DNA from: a virus
IMG/VR virus record: IMGVR_UViG_3300032331_002448
Location: 20,150 to 84,149 of that record
Strand: one strand, 5' to 3'
DNA: 64,000 bases
Positions within the stretch are counted from its first letter, which is position 1. Each line of letters opens with the position of its first letter. The position numbers were made by a program, and so were the translations under genes. This document shows, in pieces, positions 8,234-18,110 of this stretch. Below the pieces are notes generated by a model. It saw only the letters and a list, made by a program, of their open reading frames with translations, was not told where the DNA came from and searched no databases.

Positions 8234-9962
8234 AGGTTACCTCTTTTTGAAGACTTTCTAAAGTTCTGTAAAGGAACGGGGTGAGATTTAATCTAGGATC
8301 CGCAGCCATTGGAAGATTAGGTTGCTGCGGATGTGGAGTCCTCATCTGTAAATTGACTAAATCAATAAACGATGAATACGCCCTTTGTACCTCTCCTACC
8401 ATTCTAAACGGATAACCAGAAAGCATTCCTGCAATCTCATCATCAGTTTTTGAAGGGAAAAGGTACTTCAGTGCTTCAATGCTATCAACACCTAATTCTT
8501 GTAGGTTTCGTGTAAAGATTGACTGGTTAAGTTTGTCCTGTGCAGTGTCTTCATAAACTGGTCCCATCCAGCGCCAGCACACGGTTCTGTCGCCATCTGG
8601 CGCTAATCCAAGCACACCGTTGGGGATTTCTTTTGTTTCAATTGCGTTATCAATGGCCTTCTGTAAGCCCTTCTCATATTTGATTTTTGCTTTCTCATAT
8701 TTGGTTTGTTCGACTGGATCATTAGAATTTTCTGGTGGAATGGGATAAACCAAACCAGAAGCTTGCGCCAGGCTCTTGCGGAAGATTTGTTCTTCCTGAA
8801 AGATCATTAACTCAAAACATTTGCACAAACCATAGGTGTAAAGTTGCAAACATTTTTTCTTGGCAGTAGCACTAACACGACCGTAAGCAGATTTAATTTC
8901 AGTAGCGGTAACGTTGGTAATGCTGAGGTCATCAATACCGCCAAGAGCAAGCCGAATTTCTGAACGAAGCTGATCAACATAACGAGCTTGTTCAGAACTA
9001 ACTGCCATTGGTGTAATAAAACCAACGCGATCTGTTGGCTCCAGGTTGGCAATAACCCTTGGCACTCTCATGCCTGAACCAGGGCGCCCAATGTACCCAG
9101 GCGGATTGCGGCTTACATTATCTTGCTTGTAAGTAGAAGATGAAAGGCTGAACTCAGATTGGAAACCGGATTGGCTGGAGATGCTAGGACGTTGGGCAAC
9201 TTCACCATCTTGCTTCTCAATGATGTCCTGTTTAGGACGAGAAGAAAGCAAAGTTGGATTACCAAAGAACGAAAGGTTTGCCCTGATGTTTTTAACCATC
9301 TCATCATGGGCAATAACCTGATTAGCCAGCCATTCAAATTCACCACTGCCTTCAGTACCAAACGCATCAGGGTTATTAAAAACTTCAATACAAGGAATAA
9401 ATTCCAGAGTATTGATTACAGTTTTTGAATTTAAAGATGCAAAGTTTTCAGGCATATCAAAGGTGATTTCCTGTTCACTGTGCGATTCCTCAATCTCAGT
9501 AGCGGTAATCCGTAACCGCATGTACCGTTTATCCGTAGTAAGTCCGACTCCACCAAAACCACGGGAGGACTTAACTTTATAGGGATAAATAATAATTACT
9601 TCTTCTAAATCACCTTCGGGAGTGTAGTATGTACGGTACGCATCTTTGTCAAACCAATACAATCTATAGGTTTTCTTTGTTGGACGAATATAAAACAAGC
9701 CTTTGCCGTACGCCAGAAACCTATCCCAAATGGCATCTAATCGAGCGTCTAATTTGTTAAACTTAATGACTTGCTGGATAAAGTCAAACCGCTGGGTGCC
9801 AAAGTTATCTTGATCAGGATAAAATTCAACGCCCTGCCTGATCCCAAACATTTTCATTTGGGAAAGGTGGGCGTTAATGAGCATGGTATCTGCTGCGCCT
9901 GTTGACTCGCGGTTTACCGCAGCACGCAACATCCCCTCTAACAATGTGTTGGTTTCGCTCAT
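7686..9962 (-). CDS. putative portal protein with long disordered C-terminal extension
   Basis: Size, position after terminase, helical core. Confidence 0.7.
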   Translation of the reverse strand: MSETNTLLEGMLRAAVNRESTGAADTMLINAHLSQMKMFGIRQGVEFYPDQDNFGTQRFDFIQQVIKFNKLDARLDAIWDRFLAYGKGLFYIRPTKKTYRLYWFDKDAYRTYYTPEGDLEEVIIIYPYKVKSSRGFGGVGLTTDKRYMRLRITATEIEESHSEQEITFDMPENFASLNSKTVINTLEFIPCIEVFNNPDAFGTEGSGEFEWLANQVIAHDEMVKNIRANLSFFGNPTLLSSRPKQDIIEKQDGEVAQRPSISSQSGFQSEFSLSSSTYKQDNVSRNPPGYIGRPGSGMRVPRVIANLEPTDRVGFITPMAVSSEQARYVDQLRSEIRLALGGIDDLSITNVTATEIKSAYGRVSATAKKKCLQLYTYGLCKCFELMIFQEEQIFRKSLAQASGLVYPIPPENSNDPVEQTKYEKAKIKYEKGLQKAIDNAIETKEIPNGVLGLAPDGDRTVCWRWMGPVYEDTAQDKLNQSIFTRNLQELGVDSIEALKYLFPSKTDDEIAGMLSGYPFRMVGEVQRAYSSFIDLVNLQMRTPHPQQPNLPMAADPRLNLTPFLYRTLESLQKEVTYAGRYRSADPIGTPVLPDPADQLRGAGSSADGSSSSFSGYNAAMGGALPGSGGPSPANAGPDGGPATPIQPYSVVSPGLPTSSPAAIGESLQGGIQPGGGTPEFAGPIPVPGSTITSDRTNRPGQLQFPGVFPVQQQQRVSGSADLYAWNQQQPGLLQQLFPNFTGNQPGTAPGKRGKPSKP

Positions 9963-9989
9963 TACTTCTTAATTTGCCGTGTCTTTATC

Positions 9990-10163
9990 TTACTCAACCT
10001 CATAGCCAGGTGTCAGCCGTTTGAAAATAATCGAATCATCTTCCACTTCAATGTCAAACCGTTCACCAGGAACCAGCCCCATGTCATGACACAGTTCATC
10101 AGGAAGAGAGAAGATAGCAGAGCCGTAACTATCCTGCTCTAATTCAATTTCAAAATACTGCAT
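9990..10163 (-). CDS. AbrB/MazE-like small protein (57 aa)
   Basis: Manually translated: GSAIFSLPDELCHDMGLVPGERFDIEVEDDSIIF. Confidence 0.65.
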   Translation of the reverse strand: MQYFEIELEQDSYGSAIFSLPDELCHDMGLVPGERFDIEVEDDSIIFKRLTPGYEVE

Positions 10164-10187
10164 AACAAGATTGTATGATCTAAATCG

Positions 10188-10244
10188 TCAATACTCTAAC
10201 TCTAGTTTTCCTTTGGCCATCAATCCGTTGCATAACCAAACGAG
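10188..10244 (-). pseudogene. orphaned duplicate of the last 19 codons of terL
   Basis: Encodes LVWLCNGLMAKGKLELEY*, identical to the TerL C-terminus. Confidence 0.9.
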
Positions 10245-10696
10245 AATTTATTTTGCTGCAGCAATTTATTAAAAAATTCAAGGTCGTGAGTTTTAATGCG
10301 GTGACAATTAGCACACAGCACCTGGCATTTTTTTATTTCCAAAAGCAACGTTGAAACATTTGTAGTGTGCATTTTTGCAATGTCTCGTTTTTTTGTGGCT
10401 GGATCCAAATGATCAAAATCTAAAGCGCAAGCATGTGCATTATATCCACAGCATTCGCAACCACGTTTTAATTTTTCTTCTTGAATAATTTTGACGTTTC
10501 TTTGTTGTGACCGTTTTGCTGCGTTTTTGCAACTTAAATTTCTTTTTGCCCACGCCTCAGGTGTAAGCCAATTTATTTGAAAAGTTCCGTCTTTATTGAT
10601 TCTAGATTTTCGCCGATACGCTAAAAAAATTCGACCATCTGGTCCAATCTCACCGTATTTCCAAGGTTGGTTTGTTTTGGGATTCAATCTTTCCAT
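10220..10696 (-). CDS. HNH homing endonuclease
   Basis: CECCG...LDFDH...CANCHR motifs; AT-rich; flanked by duplicated terL end. Confidence 0.85.
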   Translation of the reverse strand: MERLNPKTNQPWKYGEIGPDGRIFLAYRRKSRINKDGTFQINWLTPEAWAKRNLSCKNAAKRSQQRNVKIIQEEKLKRGCECCGYNAHACALDFDHLDPATKKRDIAKMHTTNVSTLLLEIKKCQVLCANCHRIKTHDLEFFNKLLQQNKFSFGYATD

Positions 10697-12219
10697 TAAT
10701 ACTCTAACTCTAGTTTGCCTTTAGCCATTAGGCCATTGCACAACCATACTAAGGCATCGACCGTATCGTCGTGAGAGCTGACGCCAAAGTTTACGATTTC
10801 ATCTGTCAATGCTTGGAACTTACGGTATTTGTTGAATTTAATTTTGCGTTGTTCAAACAATCCCATAATGCCCCTAAACCGTGCAACTTTATCGCCACGG
10901 AATCCTTTGATTGGGTGCCAGATCATATTGTAAAGTCCATGGTCACCCAAACAGATTCGTTTGAAGTCAGCTTCTAACGATGCTTGATACGCTACAGCTT
11001 CTGACCAAACATCAACACTGGTGCCAGTTGGATGGTAATTGTCTCCATCTTTATGGACTATCCCCCACTCGTAAAGCATTTCCATTAGGGCCTCTAATTT
11101 TTCCAGGTTGCCCATGATACGGATGCGTTTGCAATCAATAATGTAAACCTTGTCTCCAACGCGTCCGCCTAAAACAAAAACACTGTAGTCATTTCTTTCT
11201 CTGACGCCAGCAGAAAGGTCAACGCCAATTCCAATACGATCAAACTCTGTAGGAATTTGACCTTTAACAATCAAGTCAGGAGACAGTGAAAGCTCACTGG
11301 TTTGAACAATTTGATTTTGGTACTGAAAGCTAAAGCTAATTGGTGCTTGCCGACGGCGATCTTGTAGGTATTCCAGTGACCACATTTCTGGCCAATAAGA
11401 AACTTCATCACCTTCTTTGTCAACAGTAACTGCAGACTGGACAAGCTGAACCCAGTTATTTGCTGGAGTAAACGTTGTGTTGTGAATGTCGTCATGACGG
11501 AATCTGGTGCCAAGGCAGATGGCCCTACCACCTTCAAACATGGTTGGAACAATAACGGAGTTCCAGTTATCTTCCATCATCAATCGAATATCTTTGTTTT
11601 TAATATCGTCAGCACTTTTTACAACGTCATCAAGGATAAGAAGATGACTACGTTTTGAGGTCACAGCACCTTTAAGACCTGCGCAACAAACGGTAAATTC
11701 TTCTTCACCAGTAGATTTGATGCCAGCAAACTTCCAGTCAATGCTCCAATACTCGTTAGAGTTAATGCCTTTGGCAATCTTAACCATTGGAAAGATCTCT
11801 CGATAGAGTTTGCTTTCTTCAATGGTTCGCTTGATAGCTGCGCTTTTAGGACGCGCAACATCAACTGTGTAGGAAATGTAAAGAATCTTTAAGGGTTTCT
11901 TGTGTAGTGCGTGGACGCCAATAGCCCAAGCAGTAAACAAACCAAGAACTGTGCTTTTAGCTGATCCGCGTGGCGCCAGAATGTCAACGTTAGGACCGCT
12001 AATGCTCTTCAAACATTCAGAGTCTTCGCCAGTGCAAAGATACTGGTGCCATTGCATGTGATGTTTTGCAGGTTTTTTATCTCCTACTACATCACAAAAA
12101 TATGCAAAATCAGTACGTGCTCTTTCAACGTCAATGTCTGATGTTTTTTTTACAACGTGTTGTTTTGCAGCAGCGCGTGCTGTTCTCCGATAAACGGAAT
12201 AGATGCTGGTTCCTGACAT
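10696..12219 (-). CDS. terL: terminase large subunit
   Basis: Walker A APRGSAKST, Walker B LLILDD, GTR coupling motif, nuclease GVDLS and HDDTVDA. Confidence 0.92.
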   Translation of the reverse strand: MSGTSIYSVYRRTARAAAKQHVVKKTSDIDVERARTDFAYFCDVVGDKKPAKHHMQWHQYLCTGEDSECLKSISGPNVDILAPRGSAKSTVLGLFTAWAIGVHALHKKPLKILYISYTVDVARPKSAAIKRTIEESKLYREIFPMVKIAKGINSNEYWSIDWKFAGIKSTGEEEFTVCCAGLKGAVTSKRSHLLILDDVVKSADDIKNKDIRLMMEDNWNSVIVPTMFEGGRAICLGTRFRHDDIHNTTFTPANNWVQLVQSAVTVDKEGDEVSYWPEMWSLEYLQDRRRQAPISFSFQYQNQIVQTSELSLSPDLIVKGQIPTEFDRIGIGVDLSAGVRERNDYSVFVLGGRVGDKVYIIDCKRIRIMGNLEKLEALMEMLYEWGIVHKDGDNYHPTGTSVDVWSEAVAYQASLEADFKRICLGDHGLYNMIWHPIKGFRGDKVARFRGIMGLFEQRKIKFNKYRKFQALTDEIVNFGVSSHDDTVDALVWLCNGLMAKGKLELEY

Positions 12220-12243
12220 CCCTTTAGGTTACGCTACTAAACC

Positions 12244-12753
12244 TTAGGATTCTTCTGCCAGGATTTTTGTCCACACGCCCATAGAAGCAACCTGCAAAGA
12301 TTCCTCAATGGGATCATCTCTAAAGATAAGAAGCAATTCTCTTAAGGAGCGATCGGCGCCAGCAAGAATTAAACCTTGTTTATCTGTCAAATGTTTTTCG
12401 TCATTTAGCTGTTTGATTGCACCACGCAATTCTTTCTGCAGCATTGCAATACGAGCAGTTCCCATATCTTGCTTTACCATTCCCATGTCAATGCCTTCGC
12501 GCAGCTTGGCAATGTCAACCTGCATGGAAGCAATCTCAGTTTCTAAAACCAAGTTAAAGTTTGGTTTTTTGTATTGCTGTTGAGCCCACTGATCACATTC
12601 AACAATTGAGCCTTTAAACCCCATGAAACGGGCATAAAGGTACATTTGAATTGGAGAAGAAACTTTCTTGCAGAAAGCAAGATAAGATTCTTTCTCGTTT
12701 TCAGTTAACCGTTCTAACCAAGACGTTACGCTCTGTACGCTTTTTGCGACCAC
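12244..12753 (-). CDS. putative terminase small subunit
   Basis: Helical ~165-aa ORF immediately upstream of terL. Confidence 0.5.
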   Translation of the reverse strand: MVAKSVQSVTSWLERLTENEKESYLAFCKKVSSPIQMYLYARFMGFKGSIVECDQWAQQQYKKPNFNLVLETEIASMQVDIAKLREGIDMGMVKQDMGTARIAMLQKELRGAIKQLNDEKHLTDKQGLILAGADRSLRELLLIFRDDPIEESLQVASMGVWTKILAEES

Positions 12754-13892
12754 TCGTAATCACGTTGCGACTTGTACTTATCATAATCTTGTGCTTGTTG
12801 TTGTGCAAGCCTGGTTTGCCTGCCACTTTCGCTGATTCCTAACCGTTCTTGCTCTCCTGCTGTAACAGTGCCTAAGCGTTGCTGTTGACCAGTTTCACGG
12901 ATTCCTAAACGTTGCTGTTCACCTGAAGCAGCAGTCCCCAAGCGTTCTTGTTCCCCTGCTGTGACTGTTCCCAACCGTTGTTGTTCTCCGGCAGTAACAG
13001 TACCTAAACGTTGCTGCTCACCTGTTTCACGGATTCCCAGACGTTCTTCTTGCCCTGCGGCAGCCGTTCCTAACCGCTGTTGTTCACCAGCAGTAACAGT
13101 CCCTAATCGCTGTTGTTCGCCGGTTTCACGGATTCCTAGCCGCTGTTCTACGCCAGCAACAAGAGTCCCTAAACGTTGTTGCAAACCGCTTTCACTAATT
13201 CCTAAACGTTCTTGTTCACCAGCAGTAACAGTTCCTAAACGTTGCTGCTCACCGGCTGTAATCGTGCCTAACCGTTGTTGCGCACCAGTTGCACCAATTG
13301 CTAAACGCTCTTGCTCACCTGCGGTTACTGTGCCTAACCGCTGCTGTTCACCAGCAGTCACTGTACCCAGCCGTTGCTGCTCACCTGCGGTAACAGTTCC
13401 TAATCGCTGTTGTAAACCGCTCTCACCAATTCCCAAGCGTTCTTGTTGTCCTGCTGTGACTGTTCCTAAACGCTGTTGTTCACCAGCAGTAATTGTGCCC
13501 AAGCGTTGCTGTAATCCAGATACAAGTGTACTAAGACGCTCTTGTTCGCCTGCTGTAACAGTTCCTAGCCGTTGCTGCTCACCAGCCGTAACGGTACCAA
13601 GACGCTGTTGTTCTCCAGCTGTAACGGTGCCTAAGCGTTCTTGCTCGCCTTGTGTTTGCAAGGTGCTACGTGTTTCTGCACCAGTTGCTTGCGTCTGGCG
13701 GACATTCTGGCCAGTAAAGAACTCACTGTTTGCACGATCAAGCTCAGCGCCAAGTCGCATGTTCATCTGCTGTTGCTGCCCACTGGTTTCCATCAATGCA
13801 GTTTGATTTTGCAAAGACTGGGTAGACACCGCTTGAGTAGACGGAGGCGGCGGCGGCGGTGGATTGTAAACAACAGGAGAAGAACTGCCCAT
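12726..13892 (-). CDS. hendecad (11-aa) repeat protein, probable internal virion/ejection protein
   Basis: 26 tandem GEQQRLGTVTA-type units. Confidence 0.8.
   Translation of the reverse strand: MGSSSPVVYNPPPPPPPSTQAVSTQSLQNQTALMETSGQQQQMNMRLGAELDRANSEFFTGQNVRQTQATGAETRSTLQTQGEQERLGTVTAGEQQRLGTVTAGEQQRLGTVTAGEQERLSTLVSGLQQRLGTITAGEQQRLGTVTAGQQERLGIGESGLQQRLGTVTAGEQQRLGTVTAGEQQRLGTVTAGEQERLAIGATGAQQRLGTITAGEQQRLGTVTAGEQERLGISESGLQQRLGTLVAGVEQRLGIRETGEQQRLGTVTAGEQQRLGTAAAGQEERLGIRETGEQQRLGTVTAGEQQRLGTVTAGEQERLGTAASGEQQRLGIRETGQQQRLGTVTAGEQERLGISESGRQTRLAQQQAQDYDKYKSQRDYEWSQKAYRA
12790..13650 (-). repeat. 33-bp coding tandem repeat (~26 units; boundaries approximate)
   Basis: Protein repeat with synonymous divergence at DNA level. 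Confidence 0.9.
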
Positions 13893-13932
13893 TACGTTAA
13901 CTCGTTAGTATCAGTATAGCAAGGTTAAAAGA

Positions 13933-14460
13933 TTAAGCCGTGAAAGTTTGACCAGCATAACCCATCCGCCCAGGTTGTTTTGCGGCAATCAGCTGATTAG
14001 CAAGTGCATTGGATAACGCAGCATCAGCTCCTGCTGTATTGGCTAAGTTGCTTGAAGCAATGAATCCACGTTGAACTTGAGCTGTTGGAGAATTTTCTCG
14101 ATAATCTAATCCAGCTTTTTGAAGTTGCAGATCATACAGCTTGGCCTGGTTAATACCAGGTTGATAGATGTCCCGCCAAGCTGTAGCAGCTTGTTGCGTT
14201 GCCATATCTCCGTATGCTTGTTGATACCTTAAAGCATCTTCAGGAGTCCAAAGACCATAACGAGATAAATCTGGCGGACCTTCTAGTTTAGTTTTTCCTG
14301 AAGTATCCAAGTTAAAAGGATCAAACTTGGGCGCTTCAATTCCTTTGGAATCAAATTGCGGAACTTTATAGTTAGCGTAATTTTTTAAAAAAGGAAGAGC
14401 TTTCCAGATACCGTTACCAAGAGCTGAGCTAAAGTCAGTGCTGGAATCTGCCATGATCAA
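13933..14460 (-). CDS. hypothetical virion/ejection-type protein
   Basis: Ala/Gln-rich, late cluster. Confidence 0.55.
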   Translation of the reverse strand: MIMADSSTDFSSALGNGIWKALPFLKNYANYKVPQFDSKGIEAPKFDPFNLDTSGKTKLEGPPDLSRYGLWTPEDALRYQQAYGDMATQQAATAWRDIYQPGINQAKLYDLQLQKAGLDYRENSPTAQVQRGFIASSNLANTAGADAALSNALANQLIAAKQPGRMGYAGQTFTA

Positions 14461-15224
14461 ACATACCCGCCACGCATTGTTGCAGCTTGTAACATAGCTT
14501 GGTTACCTTGCTGAGCAAGAGCTTGTGCACCAAGCTGAGCTTGAGACATGGCTTGAGCACCTTGTTGTAGCCGAGTCCTTAATTGAGCGCCAGCACCTTG
14601 ACGAAGAAGGTCTGCATTTTGTGCTTTAGTAATCATTTCATATTGATACGGCATTAACGTTTTCATCTGCTCTAACTGACTACGAGCTTCCATTTCGCCT
14701 CGTAGCATCTGACCACGAGCAGCACTATTAAGAGCTGCAACGTCCATGTAACTGTCAGGACCATATTGACTTAAAGAAGGAGGGCCTGGAAGATTTACCT
14801 CACCAGTTGCTTCAGGTGTAGTAAGTTGTTGGCCTGCTCCTAAAAGTTCCATCGAACCACGAAGAGCATCACCAGCTTTGCGGCTACCTGGCGTCAGCGC
14901 AGAAGCAAGATTAGCTGCTAAAGGAGCACCTCCAAATCCAATAACACCAGTAGCAATGCCGGGAGCAAGCGCTCGATATGCACTTAAATTCTTTGTTATT
15001 GGACCAAAAGGAATTTGACCAAAAAGTCTTCCTTCACCAAAGGCAGCAGCTCTTTTGCCCAATGAAGGTGCAAATCCAGTTACGGCACCAGCAGCTCCAC
15101 CAGCCATTAATGCTTTGCCAAGGTCACCGCCTGTTTGATCATAGGTTGCCTTTGCAGTTCCTAAACCAGCCAGTGTAGGAATAACATAAGGAAGCACTCT
15201 TGCCCCAAAAACTCCTAAACTCAT
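14457..15224 (-). CDS. hypothetical virion/ejection-type protein
   Basis: Gly/Ala hydrophobic N-half, Gln-rich helical C-half; AAGGAG RBS. Confidence 0.6.
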   Translation of the reverse strand: MSLGVFGARVLPYVIPTLAGLGTAKATYDQTGGDLGKALMAGGAAGAVTGFAPSLGKRAAAFGEGRLFGQIPFGPITKNLSAYRALAPGIATGVIGFGGAPLAANLASALTPGSRKAGDALRGSMELLGAGQQLTTPEATGEVNLPGPPSLSQYGPDSYMDVAALNSAARGQMLRGEMEARSQLEQMKTLMPYQYEMITKAQNADLLRQGAGAQLRTRLQQGAQAMSQAQLGAQALAQQGNQAMLQAATMRGGYV

Positions 15225-15264
15225 AATCTAACTCCTTATGTTTAGTATTTTAAGCTGAGTAAGT

Positions 15265-15654
15265 TTATCCAAACAACCCGCCAGTCAACGTGCGCATACC
15301 TGCTCCTAAAGCTGCGTTAGCAATCTTTTCGCCCCAGCCAGGTTGCCCAGCAATGTATTGACTTGGCCCACCACTTTGACTAATAATTCCAATATCAGCG
15401 GTAAACGGATTAAAGTTTGCACCGTAAGCACCTCCATCTCTAAAAGGAGAAGATGATGAATAACCTTGACCGCCAAATAAATTTTGTGTAAATTGGTTTA
15501 AAAAGTCTTTACCAAAGTTTTTTCCTGAGCCAGTATTTTTGGTAAAATCTTTATTCCAATCTGTCTTGTATGCGTCATCAAAACTCCCTCCCCAGCCAGA
15601 ACTAGCTCCAGGATCAAACTTAAAATCTGTAGAAGCGTTCCAAGCCATAATCAA
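15265..15654 (-). CDS. Gly/Phe-rich hypothetical protein
   Basis: ORF track; operon packing. Confidence 0.55.
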   Translation of the reverse strand: MIMAWNASTDFKFDPGASSGWGGSFDDAYKTDWNKDFTKNTGSGKNFGKDFLNQFTQNLFGGQGYSSSSPFRDGGAYGANFNPFTADIGIISQSGGPSQYIAGQPGWGEKIANAALGAGMRTLTGGLFG

Positions 15655-17015
15655 ACGTAAGAAGCAAGTTCTTGCCAGCTACGGGCATTTGGTTGTCCTA
15701 GTGCTGCACTTGCAGCTTCTAAACTACCGTGTTTGTGTTTTAAGTATTCTACCGGATTACTTTTTTTAATCCGTTGCTCTGATGCTTTCTGCAATGCTTT
15801 CTTGGTCGCATAACCAACACCTAATGCTGTAGCAATGCCAGCGCCAGCAACGGCTAAATTTTTGTACGGACCTAAAGCTTGCCCTGCTTGTTGGATAAAG
15901 TTTAAATCAGGTCCAGGTGCATTAGCAGCTCTCTCACCAACTTCTTCAATACGTTTGTGGAGATGTTCTATTTTTTTACCGTAAGTTTCTGCGCCGGTTA
16001 AATTTTTGCTAAGCTCTTTTAGTTGATTAAAATATTCAGGATTAGTAGAAACTTTTCCACCCGCAGTTGCAACTTGACTTGGCATTGGGTAGCTAGCAGT
16101 TTTTGCTGCTGTACCTAATGTTTTAACTGTCTTGCCTAGTTCATTTTCTAACTTTGTTACCATTGAGTTAAGTTTTACTTTCCTACTAAAAGGTACTTCA
16201 GTTGCTGCTTGCAATCCTTTCATTGCAGCATATCCTGCACCAATGCCAGCAACAGCGCTAACAGTAACGGGCCGTCCCATGAGACGAATTTCTGGATCAC
16301 CTGCTAAACCTTCAACTGATCCCCTAACAATTCCTTGCGCAGTAACAAACGTTCCTGTTTCAGGATCAATAGTTACGTACTTCCCTGGTTTATTTTTCTT
16401 TTGAAGATAACTACGATAACGCTGATACTGACTTGGAAGAATATCTGGACGTTCTTCTTTGTATAAGTGGTATGAAAGAACATCACCAGGGCGACCTGTT
16501 AAGAAGCGAAGAGTTGCATCTACTGGCGCAGAAATAGGAGTACGTCCTGTTGGATCTTCTTCTAATGATGCTGGCGCCAATGATTTATAACCTTTAGGTC
16601 GGAAACCTTCTTTGACATATCCAAAGCCTCCTCCGCTTACTGTTTGATTAACAAGAGGAACTCCAATTCCAACCAAAGCTCCAGCAAGAGTGCCACTCAT
16701 TCCTAAATCTCTTCCCATAGCCCGGCCAATATCTCCTGCCATGCGAGGAACATTTGTGTAATGCCACCACTCGCGCCGAGTTTGATCAGTTAAAAGATCG
16801 TTAATAGTCCCAGCAGCTGCTGCAGTAGCTTTTTTTACTTTGCCAGCTTGGTTTGCTGCATATTGCGCATACTTGCCAATGTGTTTAAAAGTTGAACCGT
16901 AACCGTAATTGCCTTCCCATACATTTGCTTCAGCTCTTTTAAAAACATCTTGAGCAAAGTTCTGCGCAAACTTTAATCCATTGTTCAGATAATTATTTAC
17001 GGTCTGTGGATTCAT
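15651..17015 (-). CDS. hypothetical virion protein with Gly/Ala hydrophobic segments
   Basis: 454-aa ORF in late cluster. Confidence 0.6.
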   Translation of the reverse strand: MNPQTVNNYLNNGLKFAQNFAQDVFKRAEANVWEGNYGYGSTFKHIGKYAQYAANQAGKVKKATAAAAGTINDLLTDQTRREWWHYTNVPRMAGDIGRAMGRDLGMSGTLAGALVGIGVPLVNQTVSGGGFGYVKEGFRPKGYKSLAPASLEEDPTGRTPISAPVDATLRFLTGRPGDVLSYHLYKEERPDILPSQYQRYRSYLQKKNKPGKYVTIDPETGTFVTAQGIVRGSVEGLAGDPEIRLMGRPVTVSAVAGIGAGYAAMKGLQAATEVPFSRKVKLNSMVTKLENELGKTVKTLGTAAKTASYPMPSQVATAGGKVSTNPEYFNQLKELSKNLTGAETYGKKIEHLHKRIEEVGERAANAPGPDLNFIQQAGQALGPYKNLAVAGAGIATALGVGYATKKALQKASEQRIKKSNPVEYLKHKHGSLEAASAALGQPNARSWQELASYV

Positions 17016-17428
17016 TACACATACCTTTTGGAAATTCCTTGCGCATACATCTGCATTGCAATATCAGCAGGGTCGTGCCTGGTCTGATGAATCACTTCCG
17101 TAGGTTGTTTTTCAGCTTGGATTAAACTAAGTCTCTGTAAGTAACGTTGATGTTCAATTGCAGCTTGCTGATATTGCTGAGCACTAAGTCCTAAAGTATT
17201 GCCAACGTAAGAAGTGTGCGCTTCAGGTTGAATAGCGGCACTGATTGGCGGTTGCATTGCATTATTAATTGCACCAGTAATTCGCGGATTTAATGCACTG
17301 GTAACTGCATTTGCAGCTAAACCTACGCCAGCATCAAAGGCAACCCTTTTGCCAAACCCTTGTACAGTAGGTGAGTTAAAAAATGCGCCTAATGCTTGTC
17401 CTGCTTTGCGCATGTTGCTAATGTCCAT
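17015..17428 (-). CDS. hypothetical protein
   Basis: ORF track; operon packing. Confidence 0.55.
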   Translation of the reverse strand: MDISNMRKAGQALGAFFNSPTVQGFGKRVAFDAGVGLAANAVTSALNPRITGAINNAMQPPISAAIQPEAHTSYVGNTLGLSAQQYQQAAIEHQRYLQRLSLIQAEKQPTEVIHQTRHDPADIAMQMYAQGISKRYV

Positions 17429-17437
17429 GGTTTAATT

Positions 17438-17902
17438 CTATACGGCGTTAGGTCCAGAAAGACCAACTTTTCGTGACGTTTCTCCAGTATTAAATGAACC
17501 GCTTTGATACGGTGCGCTTTCTCCGATAATTCTTCCAATTGCATTTGTATCTACAGGTTGCTGGATTAAACCAACATTAGAACCTTGAATGTATTTATCT
17601 AAGAATCCCTGGGCAATCTGATTTTCAAAACTCTTAGGATCTAACGTATTGTTAAAATCACCAAAGTTAGGAGTAACACCAATCTTTTTTGCTTCACTAA
17701 TAATAGGTTCGGGATCATCAAACCCTACCCTGTCAAGCGGATTGGTCCTTGAATTTTTAATAAAAGCAGTTCGGAAATCTTTAGGATTAAATGCTGGTGG
17801 ATTTTCTTTTAAATCATCTCCACGAGAAGCAGGTTCTCCTGCTCGTACCTTTTTTGCAATTGGAGAATCATATTGAAATTGACTGCCACCTGGCATTACC
17901 AT
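17438..17902 (-). CDS. hypothetical protein
   Basis: ORF track; operon packing. Confidence 0.55.
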   Translation of the reverse strand: MVMPGGSQFQYDSPIAKKVRAGEPASRGDDLKENPPAFNPKDFRTAFIKNSRTNPLDRVGFDDPEPIISEAKKIGVTPNFGDFNNTLDPKSFENQIAQGFLDKYIQGSNVGLIQQPVDTNAIGRIIGESAPYQSGSFNTGETSRKVGLSGPNAV

Positions 17903-17907
17903 TGCAA

Positions 17908-18108
17908 TTAACTCCCTTTGCGTTTGCGCAGTTTACTTAATGTCTTAGCTAACCGTGCTTGCTTTACGGTTTTTTCATCATACCGATCTGGATTGGCTGT
18001 TACCTGTGCAGCATATTCACGCACTGACGTTCCTGCTTTCTCAGCTTTAGCTGTAAAAGCGCCAGGGTGCTCAATTGCTTTTTGAATCCACTTTTTATCT
18101 TCTGCCAT
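17908..18108 (-). CDS. small basic phage protein
   Basis: KKWIQKAIEHPGA...ARLAKTL pattern common in phage small proteins. Confidence 0.65.
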   Translation of the reverse strand: MAEDKKWIQKAIEHPGAFTAKAEKAGTSVREYAAQVTANPDRYDEKTVKQARLAKTLSKLRKRKGS

Positions 18109-18110
18109 GA

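Noticed and set aside
12961-13806. Cys-rich repeat ORF on the plus strand
   Set aside because: Antisense shadow of the hendecad repeat gene
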